The notes beneath the pieces were generated by a model, which saw only the letters and a list, made by a program, of their open reading frames with translations, did no database searches and was not told the origin of the DNA. The position numbers were made by a program, and so were the translations under genes. Positions 1-12,817 of a DNA stretch of 64,000 bases are shown here, one piece after another (within the stretch, counting starts at the first letter, position 1; each line of letters begins with the position of its first letter). The stretch is from Eledone cirrhosa (taxonomy: Eukaryota), in assembly GCA_964016885.1 (NCBI GenBank), contig OZ024743.1:60884001-60948000 (forward strand), written 5' to 3'.

Positions 1-228
1 CCGAACTTTCAGCGTTATCACATCTGGTGGTGAACTGGCATTTCGCCATCCATAATGCAGGCAAATTACAAAAAGGAATGGAAACAAATGATTTCACTAC
101 AGGACACCGGCATTGATGGAGAATAAGTAAATGTTTTCTTCGGATGTCATTAAAATTGTTTAAAGGTGGAGGTTATGGTTTCTCTAGAGAATACCCATTG
201 CTGTATTAAATTAAATAAACTGCATGAC

Positions 229-304
229 AAAATATGTTGGTGTGAGTACGCATCATTTGCATGTCAAAACAGTAGTTTTTCCTTTTTATATATTTCTGCA
301 TTTC

Positions 305-351
<47 letters not shown>

Positions 352-661
352 CAGACATACCGATTTCAGGGCGGTTTTCTGCATATTGCATAACAGAAAT
401 GCATATATATATATGTCGATCGACTTTCGTCAAATCGGACCGTGGAAACAATGTTTTCGTCGGTCTTTCCAGTTGCTAATACTATCTATCGGTCGCAACT
501 CCAGGTAGAAGGAGATGCGACCGATAGATAGTATTAGCAACTGGAAAGACCGACGAAAACATTGTTTCCTCGGTCCGATTTGACGAAAGTCGATCGATAT
601 ATATATATATGCATTTCTGTTATTCAGTATGCAGAAAACCGCACTGAAATCGGTATTTCTG

Positions 662-702
<41 letters not shown>

Positions 703-779
703 GAAATGCAGAAATATATAAAAAGGAAAAAACTACCGTTTTGACATGCAAATGATGCGTACTCACACCAACATATTTT
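229..779. repeat. Long near-perfect palindrome, ~275-bp arms, 8-nt loop (503-510), internal (TA)n tracts in both arms
   Basis: 229-502 is the reverse complement of 511-779 with scattered substitutions (ggtcgcaactcc-aggtagaa-ggagatgcgacc at the centre). Confidence 0.95.
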
Positions 780-796
780 ATATATATATATATATA

Positions 797-1010
797 AAAC
801 AAAGGAATTGTGGTAAGGAGCCAGATGGACCATAACGCACCAGAGTACTCAATACTTAGGGTAGTAGAGTGGGAAATAAGAAAAAGTATGACCCCGACGG
901 CAGAGCTCAAGCCGTTTCGACGGCTATTTCTGGACTCCCACACTCCTACACTCCTAGAGTCCAGAAATAGCTGTCGAAACGGGTTGAGCTCTGCCGTCGG
1001 GGTCATACTT

Positions 1011-1014
<4 letters not shown>
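797..1014 (-). mobile_element. PLE-type fold-back insertion with hammerhead 3' half
   Basis: Inverted repeat 880-937/957-1014; arms read GAAA-CGG..CCG-TC-GGGGTC; unique tail 797-879; (TA)n on both sides. Confidence 0.7.
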
Positions 1015-1047
<33 letters not shown>

Positions 1048-1048
<1 letters not shown>

Positions 1049-1915
1049 CTTTGATAGGTTTCAGCCAGTATTGGCCCATGCCATGTCTAACTTAATAGCA
1101 CCACCTGGCGAAGTCTTACAAATCAGTGTTTGGGCACCATGGCCCACTCGAGCAGAGAGTTATTGTTTACGGAGGCATATCCGGGTGTAGGAGGCTTATC
1201 CGGGATTTCTTGAAGGAATTTATTCAAAGACTTCTTGAACTTGATGGGGTCTGTCTCTGCTTTGATGTGTTTTGCTGTAATGTTAAAGAGTGCAGGGCCA
1301 ATTGAGGTGAAATAATTGTGCCGTATTGTTGTTATGTGATGCGAGTGGGATTTTTGTAGTGGGCGGATAGCACGGGGCCTAAGCCTTGGGTGTACACTAA
1401 AGGTGATGCCAACATCATTTGGGCAAAGCTGATGGAATATTTTCCACATCATACAGATAATGTAGCGCTCACGGCGACGCTGGAGAGAATAAAGGTTGAG
1501 CTTTTCTAATCGAGCCCAATAGTCAAGGCCTGTCATGCCAACTATCTTTTTTGTAATTGACCTTTGGGGTGCTTCAACTTTCATGATACTTTGTTTCGTG
1601 TGGGGTCACCACAGTGGACAACAGTATTCAAGGTGGCGTCGGGCAAAAGTGGAGAAGAGAAGGACAACAATGTGGATATCTCTCGACTGGAAAGTTCTGA
1701 GAATCCAGGAACACATTCTGCGGGCCATATAAACTTTGCTGTTTATATGAGTGGCCCAGCTTATATTGTTGTCCACAATTACTCCCAGGTCTCTGATGTT
1801 ATTTGAAGCCACTAGAGTTTCACCCGAAGGAAGAGAGTATGGTAGTTTCAGGGCATCCTTTTTTCCAAAGTGGATTAGTTCAAATTTATCCTCATTCAAC
1901 AGCATATTATATTTC
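1048..1915 (-). mobile_element. CR1-clade LINE 3' fragment (RT thumb/C-terminus, frameshifted)
   Basis: ORFs 1606-2124 and 1123-1584: LNEDKFELIHFG, IRDLGVIVD, HLEYCCPLW, QRSITKKI, RLEKLNLYSLQRRRER are typical CR1 motifs; ends at (TA)n. Confidence 0.85.
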
Positions 1916-2053
1916 CGTCCAATCATCCATGGGCCCCAAAGTCCTAAATGATTCGTTCTGTCGTCGTCGTAATACACAGTGTATCCTGGGAAAATTATAC
2001 ATTGAGGAGCCCCTCCATCTTCACAGCAGAACACTCGATTACTGCCAGATGAA

Positions 2054-2235
2054 TACGAGGGTGGGCTGAAAAAGTCCATAGGCCGACTTTGAAGGAATGG
2101 TGCCGGAGCTGTGAAATCTTGCATGCATTAATTTCAACACTTCTTATTAATAACTGCATTGTTTATTTCCAGGAATTATGTGGACAAATAAACCTCATTT
2201 GGTCATTCCTATGAACTCTTTAGCCAATCCGCGTA
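2054..2235. mobile_element. Mariner-derived MITE
   Basis: Imperfect TIRs TA-CGAGGGTGGGCTGAAAAAGTCCATAGG / CCTATGAACTCTTTAGCCAATCCGCG-TA with TA flanks. Confidence 0.65.
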
Positions 2236-2454
2236 TAGAGTGCGAGAGTAAGAGAGAAAGAGAAAGGTAGAGAGAAAGAGGAAAATTAAGGGCGAGTCTG
2301 CGAGTGAGAGGGTATGTGTGTAAGAGAGAGAGAGAGGGGGGGGGGGGAGAGAGAGAGAGGGGAGAGAGAGAGAGAGAGAGAGAGAGTGTGTGTGTGTGAG
2401 AGAGAGAAAGAGGAGGGGGAAATTCAGAAATCGATCACGAAAAAATGAAATACA

Positions 2455-2545
2455 AAGTTGAACACGGCGGGATTTGAACTCAAAGTAGATAAGCGGTACG
2501 AATACTAACGAGCATTTTAACGACTCTGCCAATTTGCCATCTTGC
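2455..2545 (-). mobile_element. tRNA-SINE head fragment
   Basis: GGCGGGATTTGAACTCA (B-box, reverse) and CGACTCTGCCAATTTGCC (A-box, reverse) match the other SINE copies. Confidence 0.6.
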
Positions 2546-2904
2546 TGATGCATTCACTATACAATATAAATTGCATCCTTTATCAAATCAATTGCCTTCA
2601 TCTCTTTCCGATAATCTATGTTTGATAGTATCGATATGAAGTCTAATTACATGTTACTCAATATAATGAACAACAGATTTACAATAGGCGGCTTTAAGTG
2701 TGTATTTTGATAAGAAATTGGCTTCTCTCTTGTTCATGTTTCACTCACAGACCAATAGATTGTTGGGCTTGTTGTCACAAATATTTCTGTTGAGAGATCG
2801 ATCGCTTCTCTTTTCTTTCCTTTTTCCCCTAGATTTTCCTCCGTTTGGTTTACAACTTCAAAAATTATTATATTCGTAATAATACTAATATATAAGAATA
2901 ACAA

Positions 2905-2970
2905 TACTGCTGTTGCTACTGCTGCTGCTGCTGCTGCTACTGCTGCTGTTACTGCTGATGCTGATGCTGT

Positions 2971-3038
<68 letters not shown>

Positions 3039-3048
3039 TTACTACTAT
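2905..3048. repeat. (CTG)n/(CTA)n trinucleotide microsatellite
   Basis: Direct reading. Confidence 0.95.
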
Positions 3049-3354
3049 TTCGAAGAATTATGAGGATAATATTTTATATAATAATAAGTTTTCTCTATGG
3101 TAACACGATAAAACCTAAAACAAAATACGCTGACAACCCAGTTTTCAGCAAAATTATTTTATTTCACAATACCAAACAATACTGTTTTATATTTCCGTAG
3201 ATTGAGGCGATCTGTTTCAGATTTCACAATAGATAAAAACAAGTTTCAATATGATTGTTGCCAGTCAAATAGATCAGTTTCCGAAATTAGAACAAACAAC
3301 TTCCTCATACTACGCCACCTAATCAGAGATTTTGTTTCCTCATATATTTGTTAA

Positions 3355-4765
3355 TAACAATTTCTATTATAGGCACAAGGTCAGCAATTTGGGGAGGGGA
3401 AAATCGAGTAAATCGACCCCAGTGCATTAAAGGTGCTTGATTTTATCGACCCCGTAAGGATGAAAGGCAAAGCTTACCTTAGTGGGATTTGAACTCAGAA
3501 CGTAAAGGGCCACAACAATATGCTTAATAACTGCTTCTATTTTTGGAACAAGGCCAGCAATTATACCAGTGCATTACTGGTACTTTATTTTATCGACCCC
3601 GTAAGGATGAAAGGCAAAGTTAACCTCGGCAGAATTTGAACTCAGACCGTAAAGAGACGTAACTCTATGCTACAAAAAATGGCGTCCGACTCTCTACTGA
3701 TACTGCTAATCTACCGCCTGCTTAACAACGGCGGTGAATTGGCAGTGTTGTTAGAACGTCGAATAGAGTACTTTGTGGTATTCGGTCCAGCTCTCTACTC
3801 TATGAGTTCAATTTCCGCCCAGGTCAACTTTGTTTTTCATCCTTTCGAGGTCGATAAAAAATGTAACAGTCTATAACTGGGGTCGATTCTTCCTCTGTAT
3901 TTTTTTTTTTTTTACTTCTTCTCTGTCACTTTCTATAATTCTGTGAAAGAAATTTGCTGTACTCGGATATGAAGAGGGAAGGGGTCCGCCAGTCTTAATA
4001 TGCCTAAGAAACACCGTATGTCACTACGGTAACCCTACGACCCCATTCAAAGTTACAGGAACATATCATACCAGATTTTTTAATAATGCATATTTTATAC
4101 TGAAATTTAGCAGCAATATGTTTGTGAAGGTGCAAATTATTTTCCTGTTAATGAAATTAAAACTTCTTTCATTGTTTTTACTTTGGATTGGCAGTATCGG
4201 TAGAGGGTCGGACGCCATGCTTTGCAGCACAGTTACGTCCCTTTACGGACTGAGTTCAAATCCCGCCGAGGTTAACTTTGCCATTCATCCTTACGGGGTC
4301 GATAAAATAAAGTACCAGTAATACACTGGGATAATTGCTGGCCTTGTGCCAAAAAGTAGAAACAATTATTGAATACTTAGTTAGGGCGGTGGAGTGGCAG
4401 TATCGGTAGAGAGTCGGACACCATGCATTACAGCATAGAATTACAGCCCTTTATAATCTGAGTTGTAATCCCGCCGAGGTTAACTTTGCCTTTCATCCTT
4501 ACGGGGTCGATAAAATAAAGTACCTGTCACGCACTGGGGTCGATTTAATCGACTTTCCCCTCCCCCAAAATTGCTGGCCTTGTGCCTATATAAGAAACCA
4601 TTATTGTATACTTAGTTTACGTCCCTTAACGATCTGAGTTCAAATCCCGCTGAGGTTGACTTTGCCTTTCATCCTTACGGGGTCGATAAAATAAAGTACC
4701 AGTAATGCACTGGGTAATTGCTGGCCTTGTGCCAAAAGTAGAAACAATTATTGTATACTTAGTTT
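3355..4765. mobile_element. Cluster of six tRNA-derived SINEs with Meta-like central domain (two minus 3355-3725; four plus ~3728-3890, 4186-4375, 4385-4610, 4615-4765)
   Basis: A-box GGCGGTGAATTGGCAG, B-box GAGTTCAAATCCC, core GCCTTTCATCCTTACGGGGTCGATAAAATAAAGTACCAG, tail TTGCTGGCCTTGTGCC. Confidence 0.9.
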
Positions 4766-4911
4766 CGTTCATGGTTTCCTTTAATAGATATTTGTTGTTG
4801 GTGTCTTCCTGAAAACTCAAAATTTATTTCATTTTGCCGTCCGATTTCATGTTGATAATGAAGGATATTGATAAGGATAAAGTAAGATATTTTATACAGG
4901 AGCGCATATGT

Positions 4912-4967
<56 letters not shown>

Positions 4968-5146
4968 ATGCGCGTAGGTGTACACGCGTGCGTGTGAGTG
5001 TCGGCAGAGAAGGTGAATGAAATATATATATAGTAGACCACCCGTGAACCGTTGGGTCACGTTCCCTTAAAAATAATTTTCAAATAATTAGAATACACAC
5101 AGACATGTACATAATGTAAAATGAAATTGGATGACCCATATATATA

Positions 5147-5185
<39 letters not shown>

Positions 5186-5790
5186 CTGTGTGTGAGTGTG
5201 TGAGTAAGTGTCTATATATATATATATATGTGGGTGTCTAGGACATATATGCACTGGTCACAGACACACATACACACACAAACACATACACACACACACA
5301 CATATACACACACATACACACAAACTTAAAAACCCATCCAATTTACCAGGAAATATTCTCTACATACATCATGTCCTAACAAGTTATATGATACATATGA
5401 TTTAATATTCAGTCACCAAATTTTATCTAGATACATTAATGCTGTATTCGATTCTTTGAAGTCACATGCTATAATTTCAACAACACCACAAAATCTCTCT
5501 CTTTCTTGCATTTTCTTTCTTTGTCTCCTTCTCTCCTCTCCCCATATCTCTCTTTCAATCTACTCTTTTACAACTATTATCTCTTTCTCTCTATCTTTCT
5601 CTCTCTCTATTTAAGAAGGTACTCGGAAAACCCCAATATCTCGGGAACCTGTACTACGAAATACGCGAAACTTGTTTTATTCAATTTGTATTCCCATTTC
5701 ATGGGCAACTTCCTTTCAAACTATTTTCCCATTATGCACCGTTTTTGGTGTATTAAATTAGAGACAAGCACACAATCGCAGTTTTAATAG

Positions 5791-5900
<110 letters not shown>

Positions 5901-6282
5901 GGTTTGTGGCATTCGTTGTTGTTGCACGTAGTCATTGGCAGTTTTACGTAAGGGGAGCTAGACGTGAGGTGAGAAGAATGAACCATTGGGAGCTGAAAGG
6001 AAGAAATATTTGTAACAAATAGATGAGATAAAAGTTGTTAAAACAAGAAATGTTTCGTGTTTTATTGTTCATTTAAGGCGAGGATAGATGTGTAAATACA
6101 GGGCGAGTTAGAGTTTAATTTTTTTAAATTAAAAAGAATAATGGGTTAACGTCTACTGTCAACGAGTCTTGTTGTGTTAATATGTGTTACTTGATGGTTA
6201 GCGGTTAGCGTTTACGGATCTAAAATTCACGTAGTTTATGAGGTTAACTGCGCATTTATGGGGTTTATGAGGTTAACTGCGC

Positions 6283-6500
6283 ATGATGGGCCAACTACAT
6301 CGGTTCCACAAAACGTTAACTGAAAGAATACACAGAAAAATCACAATACCAAGCGTAGTGTTGCAGCACGGGCAAGAACTTGGAAGAAGCATCACAATGA
6401 AATTACTTGCGGAATAAACAGCGTCTATAAGATTCCAAATAACGGAGGTACATTTCATTAGGAAGCGAGAACCCCTGAACCGCCGGAGTAATCTGAACAT
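6283..6500 (+). pseudogene. Possible highly decayed GIY-YIG endonuclease remnant
   Basis: Manual translation GQL..LTERIH..SVVLQH..LLAE*..RFQITEVHFIRKREPLNRR resembles the PLE endonuclease C-terminus. Confidence 0.3.
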
Positions 6501-6727
6501 TTGCAAACACCTGTATACATTTTTCGACAGTTAAAGAATTCGCCAAACATGAACAACAGCGACTAACAAAGGATTTTAGGTCCGAAAATGCTAATCTCTA
6601 CCAACTAACCTGCAACAAAGCTCGTTAACAGTAGCCGCGTACCCGTTCAAGTTAATTACACTAACCCCAGTTATATTTCCATCCTTTATCTGTTTAATTC
6701 TTTTTTATTCTAACTGTAACTCTCTCT

Positions 6728-6767
<40 letters not shown>

Positions 6768-7424
6768 CATACACATACACATACATACACACCCACACTC
6801 TCTCACACACACACACACACACACTCACACACACACACACACATACCTCTACATCTTTACCCTCACATAGACGAACAATAAAAGACAAGTTTCATCTCGT
6901 TTATTTATTCCAACAATTTCCTTCTTTCAGCTCCTTATAGCTCTCTTCTCTCACATCACATCTAGCCCCCCCCCCCCTCCTCACTCCTCACTTACGAATC
7001 TTTGCCAGGAACTACGTGCAACTACAATGACTGTATGGATGCGAAAATGTGTATATACGAATGCATATGTTTATTTGTAGGTAGATAAGGATAGAGAGAA
7101 AGAGAGTGACTAAGGGTAACAATTGAAGAGAAAGTGCTATTTGTATATCTCATCTGTTATTTAGTTTAAATATATACACCCTCCCACCATTCATTGCAAT
7201 TCCTTATTGAGAGAAATTGAAGAAAATTTTAATGAACTCAGTAACTGGCTGTGAAACACCGGAGGAGGTGTTAGATAAAAGGAAATTAATTTAGTTTAGT
7301 GAAAGAACAACAATGCTGACAGTAACAAAGGTGACTACAACCAACACTTCCAGTATATTTACCGTCCACATTAACAACAACAACAATAATAACTATTTCT
7401 ACTTTAGGTAAGACAACAATATTA

Positions 7425-7650
7425 ATAACGCTTTCTGATTTTGTCACAAGGCCAGCAATTAGGGGCAGAAGAGAAAGTCGATTATTGTTACCTCAGTACT
7501 CGATTCGTACTTTATTTTATCGACATCTGAAGGATGAAAGACAAAGTTTACCTCGGCGGTATTTGCTCTCAGAACGTAAATAGCCGGAACAAATAACATA
7601 AAGTATTTGTTCGATGTTCTAACAAATCGAGACTAACTCATCGCCCCGCA
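7425..7650 (-). mobile_element. tRNA/Meta-like SINE
   Basis: Reverse copy of the SINE core (CACAAGGCCAGCAATT..TTTTATCGAC..AGGATGAAAG). Confidence 0.85.
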
Positions 7651-7689
7651 GAGAAGTGGTGTACTAGAATGTAAAGTATCACAGTTTCA

Positions 7690-7930
7690 CATACATACAT
7701 ATATACATACTTGCATGATGGCTGCCTCCTCGTTATCGAGTATGACCATTGCACGATATACCATTATTAATAATTATTAATTAATCCTATCGTGCAATGC
7801 CTGTGCGTGAAGATACTTTTTAAAGCGAGGAAAGACTTGCACTGAGCCAATCCCACTCTCTAAGTGACAGTAGCTATAGCCCGAAAAGAAGAAGAGATCA
7901 ACATCATCGGTAACTACTGAGCCGCAAACA
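7690..7930 (-). mobile_element. RTE-related non-autonomous repeat with (TATG)n tail
   Basis: Shares GATGGCTGCC..CTCGTTATCGAGTA and CCAATCCCACTCTCT..TCAACATCATCGG blocks with 48110-48404 and 53385-54315. Confidence 0.55.
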
Positions 7931-8120
7931 TACATACATACATACATACATACATACATACATACATACGTACATACGTACGTACGTACATACATACATA
8001 CATACATATATACATACATACATACATGCATATTTACATATATGCATGCACACGACCACACACACAGATACGCACACATACATGAATACACACACACATA
8101 TACATACGCACACATTTATA

Positions 8121-8311
8121 TACTATAAGGATAAGGAACAAGGATTCAGTGTTGCATCATAATATTAATAACATATTACATATGTTTCACTATCGATCAG
8201 CTTGATCTATGATAGGTCTTGCCTCGAGCTGATCGATAGTGAAACATATGTAATATGTTATTAGATATGTTATGATGCAACACTGAATCCGTGTTCCTTA
8301 TCCTTATAGTA
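8121..8311. mobile_element. Fold-back palindrome with hammerhead 3' half
   Basis: Arms 8121-8205/8224-8311; right arm GAAA(8241)-CATATG-TA-ATATG. Confidence 0.8.
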
Positions 8312-8334
8312 TTATACTCTGCTGTATTATACTA

Positions 8335-9320
8335 TGTCCGAGTGACATGCGCCATATCCACTGTAGAATATGCTCAAAGATTCCAATGAATAAATCCGAG
8401 CATTTTATATCAACTAGAAATTGATTGACATATATATATATATAAACATATGTAACAATCACAGGGAATAATTCGTAAAAGTGTGTAAGCAGACATAGCT
8501 AGGTAGGTAACTAATTAAAGTTTAACTAGAAATTTAAATATAGATAGCTTTTAAAATGATTAATCTTCCTTGTATATATTTCATTAAAGATATATATTAC
8601 ACCATCAATCGATCGGTAAACCACATATGTTTATTTTAGATATATATATATATATGTCAATCAATTTCTAGTTGATATAAAATGCTCGGATCTATTCATT
8701 GGAATCTTTGAGCATATTCTACAGTGGATATGGCGCATGTCTCTCGGACATGACACCCTTAATTTAATTTTGGATATATATATGTCCCCTTAATTGTAGA
8801 GCTAACTCAGTTGAAAGGATTCGGCTGCTATATCTCGTTGTCGATAACCCTATTCACGCCACTGGGATGAAACTGGTACAATGTGTATATTTAAAAAATA
8901 ATGCAACGCGTGCTGCTAGACATTAGCAGATTTGAATTTGCTGTGTAAACACAGTGGGTTAAATCTTTTCCCTTGTTGAAAATTCGGTATTTGGCTACTG
9001 TAGTTTACCGATCGATTGAAATATATTTATTTAATGAAATATATACAAGGAAGATTAATCATTTTAAAAGGTATCTATATTTAAAGTTCTAGTTAAACTG
9101 TAATTAGTTACCTACCTAACTATGTTTGCTCACACACTTTTAAACATTATTCCCTGTGATTGTATCATATGTTTATTTTAGAAATATATATGTCAATCAA
9201 TTTCTAGTAGATATTAAATGCTCGGATCTATTTATTGGAATCTTTGAGCAAAGTCTACAGTGGATATGGCGCATGTCTCTCGGACATGAGACCCTTAATT
9301 TAATTTTGGAAATATATATA
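8335..9320. repeat. Three partial copies of one PLE-like terminus (8335-8620 inverted relative to 8655-8775 and 9000-9320)
   Basis: GTCAATCAATTTCTAG..GGCGCATGTCTCTCGGACA at ~8655 and ~9190, reverse at 8335-8432; 8445-8620 is the reverse of 9000-9175; each ends in (TA)n. Confidence 0.85.
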
Positions 9321-9544
9321 TATATCTTCTTTTTTTCTTTTTTTTCTTTAGGTTTGTTGGTTCACCACTGGATAGAATTGGTCATTCCGTATGGTCAATC
9401 TTGGTGTAATATTGTGGAGAGTACTCAACGTAGTGCAGTTCATCCATCTTCGTTTGTGTAGTTGGTGGTGCGAATACGGAGTTAATTATAAATAAAATAA
9501 AATAACAGGAGGCTGGACTGGTGTAAATCCTTGAAAGGTTTATT

Positions 9545-9602
9545 ATACTATGATCATTTCAATGACCGGGTTCCATATGAATCCGGTGATATCATCAGGT
9601 AT
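9545..9602 (-). ncRNA. Type I hammerhead ribozyme
   Basis: Reverse complement of 12259-12316. Confidence 0.8.
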
Positions 9603-12258
9603 TGGAATATAACAAAGGAATATGTAAAAAACCATGGGTCCAACAAATCAGAGACAGAGACAAAGAGGACGACTGACCAACTTGCTGCCTTCACCTCGGC
9701 CAGTCGCCCTCAAAGTGGTGGCAACTGAATCTACTATGACCATCTGGTGAGGGGGCGAAGGCTTATAATGCAATACCACCTCTCCGTCAAAGAAAAAGAG
9801 GGAGAAAGAAAGAAAGGAAGAAAGAAGAAAAAAGGGAGAAAGAAGTCAGCGTAAGGGTCACACTAGATTCATGCTAGAAAATGCCGCGAAAAAAATGCTA
9901 CTCCAAAGAATCTATAATGGGTGTCTGTATAGTCTAATGTGTGAACCGAATATTGGAACGTTAAACTTATGTTGCGAGTTATAGGATCAAATTAAATTAA
10001 ATTAAAAATATTAAATTGCAAAATGATAAATTGAAAAATAAGATTAAGTTAGCGAGATTTATTTAATGAACTTACGGAGAGAGTCTTATATGAAAAAATT
10101 TATCTCGATAAGATATTAGGATGGGATATAGAGTAAAGATTTCGATTGCGAGTCCCAGCCAACACCCCTACCATGATTCAGCGAGTCTCGAGTGGTATCG
10201 TCCAGCGAAAGAAATGGACATTAATTTTTCCGAGTACTCTAGGAACGTAGCTACCTTAGGCCCCGGGAGCGCTAGCGGGAACTCCACAATTTCGACAGGC
10301 CATCGTCTATACCAAACGAATATTACTAAATCACACATGAGGGGTTTATTTACGTGCCAGTAGAGGCATGATACAGCTAATTGTTATGCCTAAACCTGGA
10401 GTTTATAGGTATAAGTATAATATGGCAGCCAAACAGGCGGCGCGGTGGGACCGGGGCAAAGCAACCCGCTCCGAGTAATTTCGTTTACCGAAAGAGGAGA
10501 AATTTATTTTTCCGAGCACTCAAGGAAGGCTGAACTTTCCGAGTGCCCAGCGCGCAGCCGGGAAAAGCCACCACATAAGTCGAAGGTAGCAACCCAATGA
10601 AAAGTGCAAATAGACCATAATTATTTTAAAGTCCTAGTTAGTCCGGGTTATAAGTAGTGTGGTTCTTAGGTGGGTAGGGGCTATGAAAGGTGCATAATGA
10701 CCTGAGTAAGGAAAGTTACAAAAAAATAAATAAAAGCAGGATACAAAGATAAAATACAAATATAAGGATAGAATACATTGATAAAAATACATTAATAAAA
10801 TAATAAAAAATTAATAAAGGTAAATAACTAGGGATGTAGAAAGACGGAAGTATATAAGAACGTATCGGAGGAATCACAGTGTAGGGGAAATACAATATAG
10901 ATCAAGTTGTAGTAAGATAATACAGGTTGTACATATAGATATAGAGGATGGAGGAAATGGAATGGTAACAGGTTGTACCTAGTGTAAAGTTCGGGTCTCT
11001 GAATTCAGTGTGAGTCACAAAAAGTACTGAGGTATAGAGTCAAGAATTCAGTCAATACAATACATGTTTTAGTATAATACGTAGAGTTTTGTCGGAATCG
11101 TAATCATCCCGACAAGGAAGTAGTATCAGGTGGCGGTAGATAAAGCACAGAGCAGCCAAAATCCGGATGGTAAGTAGATCAGTTAATCCCATGCTGGCAA
11201 TAGATGTGCACTGAAGTCAGTGCCGCTGTTCAATATTACATTTTGAAGTGCTCAACATTTTTGGGGCATTATTTCTTTAGGTTTGTTGGTTCACCACTGG
11301 ATAGAATTGGTCATTGCGTATGGTCAATCTTGGTGTAATGAATTTCTCCTCTTTCGGTAAACGAAATTACTGGGAGCGGGTTGCTTTGCCCCGGTCCCAC
11401 CGCGCCGCTGTTTTGGCTGCCATATTATACTTATACCTATAAACTCCAGGTTTAGGCATAACTATTAGCTGTATCATGCCTCTATTGGCACGTAAATAAA
11501 TCCCTCATGTGTGATTTAGTAATATTCGTTTGGTATAGACGATGGCCTGTCGAAATTGTGGAGTTCCCGCTAGCGCTCCCGGGGCCTAAGGTAGCTACGT
11601 TCCTAGAGTACTCGGAAAAATTAATGTCCATTTCTTTCGCTGGATGATACCACTCGAGACTGGCTGACTCATGGTAGTGGGGTGCTGGCTGGGACTCGCA
11701 ATCGAAATCTTTACTCTATATCCCATCCTAATATCTTATCGAGATAAATTATTTCATATAAGACTCTCTCCGTAAGTTCATTAAATAAATCTCGATAACT
11801 TAATCTTTAATTCTCTAATAATGTATTTTTCAATTTATCATTTTGTAATTTAATATTTTTAATTTAATTTAATTTCATCCTATAACTCGCAACATAAGTT
11901 TAACGTTCCAATATTCGGTTCACACATTAGACCATACAGACACCCATTATAGATTCTTTGGAGTAGCATTTTTTTCACGGTATTTTCTAGCATGAATGTA
12001 GTGTGACCCTTACGCTGACTTCTTTCTCTTTTTTTTTCTTCTTAATTCCTTTCTTTCTGCCCCTTTTTCTTTGACGGAGAGGTGGTAGTGCATTATAAGC
12101 CTTCGCCTCCTCACCAGATGGTCATAGTAGATTCAGTTGCCATCACTTTGAGGGCGACTGGCCGAGGTAAAGTCAGCAAGTTGGTCAGTCGTCTTCTCTG
12201 TCTCTGTCTCTGATTTTTCGGACCCATGGTTTTTTACATATTCCTTTGTTATATTCCA

Positions 12259-12316
12259 ATACCTGATGATATCACCGGATTCATATGGAACCCGGTCATT
12301 GAAATGATCATAGTAT
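12259..12316 (+). ncRNA. Type I hammerhead ribozyme (palindromic stem III)
   Basis: ATAC-CTGATGA-TATCACCGG..CCGGTCATT-GAAA-TGATCA-TA-GTAT. Confidence 0.8.
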
Positions 12317-12396
12317 AATAAACCTTTCAAGGATTTACACCAGTCCAGCCTCCTGTTATTTTATTTTATATATATATATATGTGTGTGTGTGTGTA

Positions 12397-12442
<46 letters not shown>

Positions 12443-12451
12443 TATATATAT

Positions 12452-12564
<113 letters not shown>

Positions 12565-12779
12565 ATATATATGATCAGAGCAAACAGCACGGACACTCTA
12601 TCTCAAAATTATTTTTGAAAACCATTTAGAAATGCGCAACCGGTAAAAACTTAAAAACTTAAAACCACAACTGAATACTAACCCATACAATCACTAATAC
12701 TCTTTTATTCCTAATTAAACCATTTTTCAACTGTGAACAATTTGTCAGCATTTTCTATTCCGTTTACCAATATATATAT

Positions 12780-12809
<30 letters not shown>

Positions 12810-12817
<8 letters not shown>

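Larger units (their letters stand above)
9343..12367. mobile_element. Non-coding PLE-like element: ~1.93-kb minus-strand partial tandem plus ~1-kb inverted copy, one hammerhead per copy
   Basis: ~9490-10505 is the reverse complement of 11341-12367; 68-bp direct repeat 9343-9410/11272-11339; HHRs at 9545 and 12259. Confidence 0.8.

Noticed and set aside
9531-12330. Near-identical 65-aa ORFs at 9531-9728 and 12133-12330
   Set aside because: TTG-start by-products of the inverted repeat, antisense to the hammerhead.
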